DNA of 64,000 nucleotides from a virus (Duplodnaviria; Caudoviricetes): IMG/VR virus record IMGVR_UViG_3300020577_007013; one strand, 5' to 3'. Shown piece by piece: positions 55,394 to 64,000 of this stretch (position 1 is its first letter; each line of letters starts with the position of its first letter). The notes under the pieces were generated by a model. It saw only the letters and a program-made list of their open reading frames with translations, ran no database searches and was not told where the DNA came from. The position numbers and the translations under genes were made by a program.

Positions 55394-57671
55394 ATTTCCT
55401 CTTAAATTTTTCTAATTCTAAATAATAACGAATTTTCGAAGGAGAGCTTCTATGGACTAACTGAGTAATGAGAGGATTCTGTTTAAGAAATAGAGTCTGA
55501 CCTTCAAGTAATTCATCAATTTCTTTTGTGGTGAATCCTTGAATTCCTAATTCATCTATACATTTTTTGAAGAGTGATGAATATGAAGAGTATCGATTGT
55601 ATTCTGTAAACTTCGAAACCCCTTCTTTTAATTTTGTTGGAAGATAATCAATATAATCGTTTGAACTTCTCAATTTTTCTGAAATTGCTGAATGGTAAAT
55701 CGATTTTAACTCCTCTGTCGGAGTTATGTTCATGAGAAACTCTTTAGGAGTATTCATTATGGAAGAAATTAAAGAATGCTTTTTCGATCCCTCTTCAACA
55801 TAGTAAACAGATTTATTAAAAATGACTGAGCAACAAAGAGAAGCAAACTTGGATTGTATCGGTCCGATTTCCTTATCATAAGTTTCAAAAAGTAGATCAT
55901 CTCTATTTTCTATCTTTGAAAGATCCAGTCTGACCTTATAAGGCTGTTGATTTGAAGCTGATGTGAAATAAAGTCCTTTGACTATAGTGTGATCTTTCTC
56001 TCTTTTTTGTCTAGGCTTTTTCTCAAATTGTACTGTATCGAGATTAATGAGTCCTAAATCATAAATGAGACTTCTCTTAAATCGAGAGCATCTATCCATT
56101 AAACGATGTAGATCTCTTATTGAATAGTATCCATACGAATACGTATTCTTCTGTAAAGACAAAATTCTCTCAGTAAGAGACTCTTTATCATCGGTGGTCA
56201 AGAGCTTCTCTTTTAATCTGAAAATTTTATGAATTTTCTTCAAATGTTCTACTGCATTATTTTTAGGACTTATAATAACGAATCTATGACCTAAGACAGA
56301 CTCATAAAATGAGGATCCGTTGAAAAAATATCGATCATAAAGGTCTGAAGTATACTCCATCTTAGAGCTTATAAAAATCGAGTCTCCCATGATCGATTTA
56401 AAGGATTGAACGTTTGTCCTAGCTGAATTGGAGAGCTTACTATCTTTCATGACTCTGATTACTTCGAAATCTTCAAACATTTTGTCAAATTGGATAAAAG
56501 GCTTTCCGTTAAAAGATAGACTAGTAGCTACCAAATCCAAGTACGGCTTTATACAACAATAAAGAAGCTTTTCTTTTTCTGAATTTCCTACTATAATAGT
56601 GTTCATATCAGGATTCGAATGAAGAACTGAAGTCTCAACAGCAGTGAGGAACTCGAAATAATTATTTTGACTTTTAAGAGAGTCTGTCAGAATTCTGTAA
56701 GCTTCTTCCATAAGAAGACTTTGAGAATCTTGAAGCTTTGACTTAGTTTTTTCAGTAAATTGTAAATTTTCTCGATTGACTGTAATGTCAAGCTCAGAGT
56801 TCTTGAATTTGAGAACTTTTAGATAAGGCGGAGAGTAATGTCCAGTTTCATTTGCCTCAAATGGAGGACTGAACAGATAAGGTATCTCGTCAATAAGACA
56901 AATCCATTGATCGTTGGAGACTCTCTTCGATATAAGATGATTTCTATTTGTTAGAATAGAAAAATTGAATTCAGGATAATCTGTAAGATTACCTAAAGAA
57001 AGATCCCATCGATTTGTGAGTTCGAATTTAGGTTTAACAGACCAAAAGAGTGTGTAGAAGATAAGTTCATCTTCAAATATAGAGACATCTCCAATCTTGA
57101 TTGGAATGATAATTGAAGTTCCGTTCGGTTTCTTTGTTTTTCTTTCATCTAAAAGAAGAATTTTTCCTTTTTGAGTCTCGTCGACTACAGCAACGTAGAG
57201 ATATTTTTTTCCATCTACAATGGTTTCAATTGAGAATTTATCTGTATAAGAAAAAGGAGTTTTAGCTCCTAATCCAAATCCACCAGTAAGTTCGTTAGTA
57301 TTTCGTTTTGTTGATGCTGCGTATCTTAAGAAGACATTTTTCATTCTGTCAGGAGAAATTCCAGGACCTTCGTCTGAAATTGTAAGATTGTAAGAGTGGC
57401 TTTTGACAACGTCTCTCTCATATTCATGAGACTCGTTATTCAGTACCTTCTCCATCTTTACTGAAATAGGAACATTTCCTTTTCCTACCTCTCTGTTAGC
57501 GTCTCTTGCATTTGAGCAAATTTCTCTGCAAATGGATCCTATCGGATTTCCGTAGACTTTAGATCTGAGAATATCAAAGACAAGTCCCATATCAGCTTCA
57601 GATATGGAGAATGAAGTCTCCTCAAATGAAGAAGATTGTTCTACAAAAATATCTGGTTTTGGAATTTCCAT
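55356..57671 (-). CDS. rIIA: rIIA-like protein (GHKL ATPase N-terminus)
   Basis: REICSNARDA, DEGPG, STKR, GGFGLGAK, NGT; adjacent to rIIB. Confidence 0.92.
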   Translation of the reverse strand: MEIPKPDIFVEQSSSFEETSFSISEADMGLVFDILRSKVYGNPIGSICREICSNARDANREVGKGNVPISVKMEKVLNNESHEYERDVVKSHSYNLTISDEGPGISPDRMKNVFLRYAASTKRNTNELTGGFGLGAKTPFSYTDKFSIETIVDGKKYLYVAVVDETQKGKILLLDERKTKKPNGTSIIIPIKIGDVSIFEDELIFYTLFWSVKPKFELTNRWDLSLGNLTDYPEFNFSILTNRNHLISKRVSNDQWICLIDEIPYLFSPPFEANETGHYSPPYLKVLKFKNSELDITVNRENLQFTEKTKSKLQDSQSLLMEEAYRILTDSLKSQNNYFEFLTAVETSVLHSNPDMNTIIVGNSEKEKLLYCCIKPYLDLVATSLSFNGKPFIQFDKMFEDFEVIRVMKDSKLSNSARTNVQSFKSIMGDSIFISSKMEYTSDLYDRYFFNGSSFYESVLGHRFVIISPKNNAVEHLKKIHKIFRLKEKLLTTDDKESLTERILSLQKNTYSYGYYSIRDLHRLMDRCSRFKRSLIYDLGLINLDTVQFEKKPRQKREKDHTIVKGLYFTSASNQQPYKVRLDLSKIENRDDLLFETYDKEIGPIQSKFASLCCSVIFNKSVYYVEEGSKKHSLISSIMNTPKEFLMNITPTEELKSIYHSAISEKLRSSNDYIDYLPTKLKEGVSKFTEYNRYSSYSSLFKKCIDELGIQGFTTKEIDELLEGQTLFLKQNPLITQLVHRSSPSKIRYYLELEKFKRKYAKQRKNQVHNN

Positions 57672-57722
57672 TTATGTCCTTTTGTAAATTGGGGGTCGGA
57701 GCATTCACTCCGACCCTCTAGG

Positions 57723-57977
57723 TTATTTTTTAGAAGCGAGTCGAGCTGCTTTGTCGTTGTTCTTCTTAGCTTCTTTGTCAGCTTTTTTACGAGCTTTCTC
57801 AGCCGCTTTTTCAGCTTTCTTCTTCTCTTTTTCTGCTTTTTTGTCTTCTTTCTCTTTTTTCAGAGCGTCTTTGCTTGACGATTTCAGAGTTTTGTATGCT
57901 TCTGAAGCATCTTTATAAGCGTCTTTCGCTCTGTCTTTTTTGTCTTTCGCTGCTGCGAGTTGGTCCTTAATTCCCAT
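57723..57977 (-). CDS. Histone-like Lys/Ala-rich small protein
   Basis: 84 aa; SD; downstream hairpin at 57692-57716. Confidence 0.75.
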   Translation of the reverse strand: MGIKDQLAAAKDKKDRAKDAYKDASEAYKTLKSSSKDALKKEKEDKKAEKEKKKAEKAAEKARKKADKEAKKNNDKAARLASKK

Positions 57978-58067
57978 TTTTAATTTTCTCCGTTTTGTTT
58001 TTTAAGAGTATTGAGATACCCATGAATAATTATATTACGAAGAGAAGAAAAACGAAAAAAAGAAGAG

Positions 58068-59150
58068 TTACGGAACGGTGGTAAAAGTGAAAGCAAAGTC
58101 ATTCTCAATTTCAGAATTGTATTTATCCTTAGCTTGAGTGGAAATTAAGATAGTGTAAAGTTGATTATTAAGTAAATCGAGACTCGGAGTTATCGTCAAA
58201 GTCTTACTATCTGTAGACCATGAATAGTTCGCTGAGATATGAGGAGAATAGGAAATCGAAGCTTCTACAGTCTGTTCAGCCATTCCTTCACTAAAGACGA
58301 TAGTGATCGGAGCATTTACAGCTATTGAAGTAGCTCCTGAAGTAGGAGTTGTAGAGAGAATCTCAGGGGTATTCGGAATTGAAAAGTTCTCTTGAAAAAG
58401 TATTTCTTGATCTTGGTCTAAAGTTGTCAGATTAAGCAACATATTTCCAGGATCAACCAATCCATAAGCGGCTCTTTCAGAAACAAATATTCCAAAAACA
58501 GTTCGTCCTGGAAAAAAGTCAAGTCCAGGACCTTCTCCAGTAAACATGTACTCATAGTATTTGACTGTAGCTGTATGTTGAATATCCCAAATATTGTTGA
58601 CCCTTAACCATTCTTGAAAATTAGAAGCATAGGCACCTTTTGCTAAGGCAGAGTACTCTATATCGACGACGAATGCGGTGTCCTGTCCATTGATCTGAAT
58701 TGGGACTTTTAGTCTTGTGAGGAATGCAGCATCATTAATGAAATTTGAAAAAGCAATATTATAGTCTTCAGCTCTATTGAAAAAAGTTATAAGTGGAATT
58801 TCTATTTTACATGGAATTGCATGACAGTATCCAAGTCCCTCAACAAAATTGAATCCACCAGATGAGTAGAGATTTGATTTTTCTCTTATGACTTCCCTAT
58901 TTCCTACATTATAAGCAGTAAAAGGAAACTTCATATTTGTTTGAGAAAAAAAACGAGTAGCTTGCTGAACTACAGTATCACTTCCAGCTTCAATATCAGC
59001 AAGATAAGTTCTTTCTCTTATGGTTTTGACTATGTCTTGAAATCCTTCAAATGGAAAACAGTTGTAAGCTATATAAGTAAGAATACTCTCTACCATAGCC
59101 TTGACCACTGTAGGGTATTGAGGATTTGCTGGAAAAAATGGTTTCGGCAT
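58068..59150 (-). CDS. Virion/tail protein with a C-terminal Ig-like (Big_5-type) domain
   Basis: PEILSTTPTSGATSIAVNAPITIVFSE...TLTITP..L...YTI...FTFTT. Confidence 0.7.
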   Translation of the reverse strand: MPKPFFPANPQYPTVVKAMVESILTYIAYNCFPFEGFQDIVKTIRERTYLADIEAGSDTVVQQATRFFSQTNMKFPFTAYNVGNREVIREKSNLYSSGGFNFVEGLGYCHAIPCKIEIPLITFFNRAEDYNIAFSNFINDAAFLTRLKVPIQINGQDTAFVVDIEYSALAKGAYASNFQEWLRVNNIWDIQHTATVKYYEYMFTGEGPGLDFFPGRTVFGIFVSERAAYGLVDPGNMLLNLTTLDQDQEILFQENFSIPNTPEILSTTPTSGATSIAVNAPITIVFSEGMAEQTVEASISYSPHISANYSWSTDSKTLTITPSLDLLNNQLYTILISTQAKDKYNSEIENDFAFTFTTVP

Positions 59151-59168
59151 TCTCGGTAGCTTTAGTTA

Positions 59169-59612
59169 CTACCGAAGAGATTTCCTTTCAGAAGGAGAGG
59201 TTATTTTCTTCGGTGAAGATTTTTTAGGAACCAATCCAGAAGGAATTTCTTTTGAGTAGTACATTCCTCTAGAAGGAAGATTTACTTTAATTTCTTGATC
59301 ACCTTGTTTGATGACCACATCAGCGAATCTTCCGAAGTCAGAAGAAAGCTCTTCAATTTGGTCGAAGTCTTTTATTTCATCAATGACTTTCCCAGAAATA
59401 TCTTCGATGGTAAGAGTTATTCCACTGTCCTCATCTCCATAAAATCCAAAGCCCATAGCATTGGACATGAAATTGACTTTTGTAGATTTTGGAAAGTTAA
59501 TGGTGACTGTATACTTCGCTAAGTCAATATCTCCATTTTTATATTTGGATATGAAGTTATCTTTCTCTTTTGTAGGAAGAGCTTCTGTAAAAAATGATTT
59601 ATATTTTTCCAT
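59169..59612 (-). CDS. Probable internal head protein
   Basis: MEKYKSFFTE N-terminus. Confidence 0.55.
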   Translation of the reverse strand: MEKYKSFFTEALPTKEKDNFISKYKNGDIDLAKYTVTINFPKSTKVNFMSNAMGFGFYGDEDSGITLTIEDISGKVIDEIKDFDQIEELSSDFGRFADVVIKQGDQEIKVNLPSRGMYYSKEIPSGLVPKKSSPKKITSPSERKSLR

Positions 59613-59613
59613 A

Positions 59614-60315
59614 TTAATTTTTGAATGAGAAGTTTGCTAAATCAAGTGGCTTCTCTTCTTCCTCATCTGCAAGCTTTTGCTCTGCCTCTATTCTTTCCTG
59701 TTCAGTTTGCTCTTGATCTTCTTGAGGAGTCTCTTCTGGATTTTCTTCAGGAGATGTTCCTTCTAAGTCTCCTTCAGGAGTTTCTTCAGGATTCTCTTCT
59801 GGATTTTCTCCTGTGGTGTATGAAGATAAAAGATCTTCTATTCCTGTCTGATCTTCTCCTGTGTCTTCAGGAGAAGGTTCTTCTGAGTTTGTTCCTTCAG
59901 TATCGAGTCCAAAAAGATCTCCATCTGAAGACTCTCCGTCGGAGACTTCAGGAGTCTCTGTCGGAGCATTTAGCTCTCTTCCCATTAAAAGAAGTTTATC
60001 AATAATTTCTGAATCAAGTCCATACTTTTGAATTATTGAAACCAAAAGTTCAGAGACGCCTTCCTCAGCAACGTCTTCTGGAGATTCCTCTTGAGAGAAT
60101 GTTGTCGGAGCTTCTGGTTGAGTCTGATCTGCTTGACCTGACTGAGCAGTTTCATCAGGAAGATTATCTAAAGGATTCTCTTCTTGAATTGTCTCATCTT
60201 CCTCTTTGAGAAGATTCTTGAGTACTTTTATATCTTCTAAAAGAGAAAGGGTGGAGATTTTACTCTCCACCTTCTTTGTCTCAGAAAAATACGATTTGTA
60301 TCTTTCTTTTTTCAT
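59614..60315 (-). CDS. Highly acidic protein, probable prohead core component
   Basis: RYKSYFSE N-terminus; PEENPEETP repeats. Confidence 0.6.
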   Translation of the reverse strand: MKKERYKSYFSETKKVESKISTLSLLEDIKVLKNLLKEEDETIQEENPLDNLPDETAQSGQADQTQPEAPTTFSQEESPEDVAEEGVSELLVSIIQKYGLDSEIIDKLLLMGRELNAPTETPEVSDGESSDGDLFGLDTEGTNSEEPSPEDTGEDQTGIEDLLSSYTTGENPEENPEETPEGDLEGTSPEENPEETPQEDQEQTEQERIEAEQKLADEEEEKPLDLANFSFKN

Positions 60316-60316
60316 T

Positions 60317-61390
60317 TTACTTTACGAATTGACCGATGTAAGTAACAACGTCACCAGCAGTAAGATTGGTTGTTGCACCACTCTTAATAGTGAGTCGACC
60401 TAATGATCTATCGAAGCTTGTGACTTCATCTAAGCTTTTATTTACACCAGCACTTGACTTGATGTAAGTTGTAAACGCAAAGTTGTCAAAAGCTGATGTT
60501 CCATTCGTCACTGTACCGAGAGTTACAGTTGAAGAAGTGAAAGCAGCATCAAGAACTGAGATCAACTCCGAAGCAGCTGTCAAGTTAGAAGCATCAAGAA
60601 TTGATTCACCAGCAGTATCAAGTTCAATCTTAATTTTTGCTGATACACCAACGTCTCCTGGTACGAAAGTCGCTGTTACACCAGAAGTAGCATCGAGTGA
60701 AGTGACCACATTAGAAATGAGTGTCTCAGTTCCAGCTAATGTCAATGTGTAAGTTGCATTGATATAGCCTGTTGAGACGATATCGCTGCTGACTGCTGCT
60801 GCTGTAGCACCCATTACAGTTGCTGCTGTATAGGAATTGCTTCCCAAATCAATATAGATTACTCCTTTAGTGTCTTGTTTAGAAGCAGCTGAAGCTGGAG
60901 TAAAAGTCAAAGTATCGAATACACCATTTTCAGCATCAACTTTAGATACAGGAAATCCCAATTTTGCAGAGATATCTGTTAAAAGAGTTGTGAGAGATGA
61001 ACCGAAACTCCAGTTTGAACCAGCTGATGTAGATGCTGCAACAGCTCCGCTTACTAAAATGTAAGAGTTTCTACCACTGTTATTAACAGAAGTATCTCCG
61101 GCTACAAAGACTGCATCCAGTCCAGCAGTACCGTCGATCGCTGTTACTATTTCTGAAATAAGATCGGTACTTGCAGGTATAACAATGCTACCAGCAGCAG
61201 CTCCGTCGTTCAGAAGTTGAAATGCATTGGTATGAGTCGTTGCTGTCAACGCTGATGTCAATGCAGTTGTTGCTAAAATTGATGGTGAACCCAAGTCAAT
61301 CTTAACAGTTGCTTTAGTCGCCAGATCTGCTGCTTGAAGCTTGACAGTCTGGGCGACTGATTTTTTTACGCTTTTACCTTGTAAAATCAT
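60317..61390 (-). CDS. Virion structural (decoration-like) protein with two internal repeats
   Basis: IDLGS...LIS..VT..D.T.G..A.FV.GD occurs twice; Ala/Thr/Ser-rich; strong SD. Confidence 0.65.
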   Translation of the reverse strand: MILQGKSVKKSVAQTVKLQAADLATKATVKIDLGSPSILATTALTSALTATTHTNAFQLLNDGAAAGSIVIPASTDLISEIVTAIDGTAGLDAVFVAGDTSVNNSGRNSYILVSGAVAASTSAGSNWSFGSSLTTLLTDISAKLGFPVSKVDAENGVFDTLTFTPASAASKQDTKGVIYIDLGSNSYTAATVMGATAAAVSSDIVSTGYINATYTLTLAGTETLISNVVTSLDATSGVTATFVPGDVGVSAKIKIELDTAGESILDASNLTAASELISVLDAAFTSSTVTLGTVTNGTSAFDNFAFTTYIKSSAGVNKSLDEVTSFDRSLGRLTIKSGATTNLTAGDVVTYIGQFVK

Positions 61391-61652
61391 TTAATTTCTC
61401 CTAATCTGGAATCCGAAAATAATTCGAATAAATTCCTTCTTTTAGAAGGTTGCCAGATAAGTGATTAGTTTGATTTTAACGATTTTATTTTTTTCTTGAA
61501 TTTTTTGACTTCTGCAGAGTCTGTAGAGTCACCTGAGTCATCCCCTTTATAAGGTATCTCAGGTCTCAAAGATTTAGGAATATTTGTGGAAATTGTAACA
61601 GGATCTTCGAATAAACGTTGATATTTTTCGAAGATCTGTTGTCTCACATAAA

Positions 61653-62105
61653 TTAGTCTTCTTTTGGTTCTTCGACTACAGAAGATTCTTCTCTTTTGGA
61701 CTCTTTCTTAGAGAACTTTTTCTTCTGAGCTTCATAGATCTTCTTTACAAGAACATCGTCTCTCTTACCTATTGCATCAATATTATAGTGATGAGCAATT
61801 TCAATAAGAGAGTCTCTTCCCATAAGTTGGAGTTCTTCCAAAGGAACTTCTACAGTGTCTTGATTTAAGATCTTGAGATTACTGAAGATAATTCTCCCAG
61901 TAGCTGGAATGTATTCCTCGTAATCAAGAATTCCTTTTGGGTTTTCTTTTGTACGAATGTACTTATGAAGTAGATGTTGTTTGCTGAAGAAAGACTTAGG
62001 TGCCTTACTAACATGAATTCCTTCTATCGACATATTTGGTGCTTCTGTATTTTCATTCAACACATACTTGTGATGTGGAGAATTAAGTCTAGTGTCTGTT
62101 GCCAT
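61653..62105 (-). CDS. Hypothetical protein, Rho-N/HeH-like segment
   Basis: LQLMGRDSLIEIAHHYNI...KRDDVLVKKI. Confidence 0.55.
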   Translation of the reverse strand: MATDTRLNSPHHKYVLNENTEAPNMSIEGIHVSKAPKSFFSKQHLLHKYIRTKENPKGILDYEEYIPATGRIIFSNLKILNQDTVEVPLEELQLMGRDSLIEIAHHYNIDAIGKRDDVLVKKIYEAQKKKFSKKESKREESSVVEEPKED

Positions 62106-62967
62106 TTGATTCCTCTTTTTGTTTCATTTTTGTTAAGTTCATTTTATGAGTCTCTAACATGTGAAAGAAGACTCGACTCACTTCGTTTGAAGCTAATTGA
62201 AATCTGAATCTTCCCCATTTTATCCATTCAATCCCAGATCCGTCTTCATAGGATTGAACCTCTTTATCAAAGTTGTCTTCTACATTTATCTTGAAGAAAT
62301 TTACCATTCTCTTATGGTCGTAGTCAACAAGGATTTCCTTCTGATGCTCGATCTTCGAAAGTAGTAGACTGTTTGATAATATGTAGTCTCTCTTTTCAGA
62401 ATCGGATGCTTCTCTAAGTCTTCTGAGTTCCTTGAGAAATACAGAAATCGGAATTTTAGAGTGTCTGATGAAAGACTCATCATTTATCTTCATTTTGAAG
62501 TTGTCAGAAAGTATGAAAGCTCTCTGAATTATTGCTTTCTCTTTATAGGTTATTTTCTTTCTCAGCTTCGAAAGATCAGATTCGATATCAAGCTTTCCTT
62601 CGGAGATTAATTCTGAGATCTCATTATCGGTGTATTTGACTTCCTCTACGACTTCGCAATCGTATTTGGGATAGAATTGTCTGAGCCACCTATCACAAAG
62701 AGTAATGAAGTCAAAGTATGAGATATCTGGATCTACCTTGACAAAATTCTTATTGTCATGTCCGACTGTAAAATAAATACATTCATGTTTGTAATCCCAA
62801 GTACAAATGACCGCAATCGGAAGTTTATCAATAAATTTTGATAAATGTCCCAACAAAGTCTCAAGATATTGTTTGTCTTTTTTGTAGATGATTCTAGAAA
62901 TAAAGACAGGATCAATCATCCATGAGTTTGGTTTCTTATAAGTCTTCTGAGGTTCTTGAAATTCCAT
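62089..62967 (-). CDS. Hypothetical protein
   Basis: 292-aa ORF. Confidence 0.7.
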   Translation of the reverse strand: MEFQEPQKTYKKPNSWMIDPVFISRIIYKKDKQYLETLLGHLSKFIDKLPIAVICTWDYKHECIYFTVGHDNKNFVKVDPDISYFDFITLCDRWLRQFYPKYDCEVVEEVKYTDNEISELISEGKLDIESDLSKLRKKITYKEKAIIQRAFILSDNFKMKINDESFIRHSKIPISVFLKELRRLREASDSEKRDYILSNSLLLSKIEHQKEILVDYDHKRMVNFFKINVEDNFDKEVQSYEDGSGIEWIKWGRFRFQLASNEVSRVFFHMLETHKMNLTKMKQKEESNGNRH

Positions 62968-63962
62968 TAAGTCCCTTCTTCGAAAAGTATATGAATAATT
63001 TTGATTAAATGATTTTCGTCCTCAAATCTCACTGTAGAGAAATTATTGAGATCATCTGAGACATACATAAAAATGTTCTCTCCGTCTAATACATTCAAAA
63101 TCTTCTGAATAGCATCTGAAGAAACAATAATTCTAGATCTCTTATCATTGTCATCGGTAATAATTGAGTCAGAAGATAGTTCAATATCAATTGAGTCTGA
63201 GCTTCTATTTGATTTAGAGTTCTCGATTTCTAACTCAGTCTTAGTAATCTTGAATTTTACTCTAGAGTCTTTTCTCTCATCCATAATCTTCATTCTCTTT
63301 GCCACAGAAAAGAGTGATGACTTAGAGAATTTTACGAATTCCTTATGATTGTAAGATGAGCTTAAAGTTCCTTTTACGATATTAGGAAGTAGACAAGTCT
63401 CGATAGGAACTACACATAGAGTCTCGTCTAATTGGAATGTCCAAAATCCTCTCTCAGTAAAAGTTCTGACTTGAATACTTGAGAGTCTATATTTACTGAA
63501 CAGTGATAGAATTTTTATAGGGATGAATATTTTGGACTTCTCATCTCCATCATCATCTTTTTCATAGTCAAATTTATTTGATGAAGCAGAAATACAAGCA
63601 ACGCTTTGATAATCTGATGATGCAAAATTGTCAGACTGCAATGCAACGAAAGCGAATCTGTCTTCTCCACAAAAATCAGAACAGAAGTACGCCATTTCTA
63701 AGTCTTTGATTTCAAAGACCTCTTCAGGTTTAGAATTCTTGAGATCAAGAAAATCAACAATGTCGGGATAAGTAATGTCTAGACTTTCGAAATTGTATTT
63801 CGATTTTCCTCCAAAAGAAATTCCGTCTTTGGAAATATTTACCTGATCTGAAGATTTGACCAATTGTATGAAGTTTTGTGTCTCGTAAAGAAACTCAAAA
63901 TCTTCAAGACCTCTCTGATTCGAGACATCGATCTCTTTAATTGCTTTGAGTGATCCACTCAA
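62967..63962 (-). CDS. Probable DNA polymerase sliding clamp (5' end may extend beyond the window)
   Basis: Acidic protein with a beta-clamp-like alternating pattern (YPDI, IFIP.KIL, VKFKIT..ELEI). Confidence 0.55.
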   Translation of the reverse strand: MSGSLKAIKEIDVSNQRGLEDFEFLYETQNFIQLVKSSDQVNISKDGISFGGKSKYNFESLDITYPDIVDFLDLKNSKPEEVFEIKDLEMAYFCSDFCGEDRFAFVALQSDNFASSDYQSVACISASSNKFDYEKDDDGDEKSKIFIPIKILSLFSKYRLSSIQVRTFTERGFWTFQLDETLCVVPIETCLLPNIVKGTLSSSYNHKEFVKFSKSSLFSVAKRMKIMDERKDSRVKFKITKTELEIENSKSNRSSDSIDIELSSDSIITDDNDKRSRIIVSSDAIQKILNVLDGENIFMYVSDDLNNFSTVRFEDENHLIKIIHILFEEGT

Positions 63963-64000
63963 TTGAGTGAATCTTGCAATTCCATTCTTAAGACTAATGT

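Noticed and set aside
315-63348. Short + strand ORFs in the track (other than 3373-4137)
   Set aside because: They are antisense shadows of - strand genes, with no SD or recognisable motifs.
1-64000. Stop-codon reassignment
   Set aside because: Core genes are full length in the standard code, and TAA, TAG and TGA all end genes.

Overview
64 kb of a large lytic T4-like (myovirus/jumbo-type) phage genome. It uses the standard code, and nearly every gene is on the - strand. A spirochaete-type lipoprotein signal hints at a Leptospira-like host. Recognisable modules are head genes (portal, prohead protease with nested scaffold, gp23-like major capsid protein, internal-protein-like genes), replication genes (two-subunit topoisomerase II, DnaB-like helicase, 5'-3' exonuclease, NAD ligase, probable clamp), rIIA/rIIB, pncB, a lytic transglycosylase, two free-standing endonucleases and tRNA-Arg(TCT). 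Three things stand out. (1) Directly behind a MoxR AAA+/VWA pair lies a coupled array of ten mini-genes (8362-10529). At least six carry short peptide copies of the phage's own major capsid or portal protein, and nine end in a shared helical tag. This is a candidate decoy or adaptor system. (2) Two coiled-coil protein genes are each followed by a structured non-coding RNA. One RNA (~490 nt) holds two circularly permuted tRNA-like domains, and one of these shares a reversed C19:G56 elbow pair with the phage tRNA. (3) A conserved early-type promoter class has upstream inverted-repeat elements spaced 17/27/37 bp away. All family calls come from motif recognition by eye; no searches were run.
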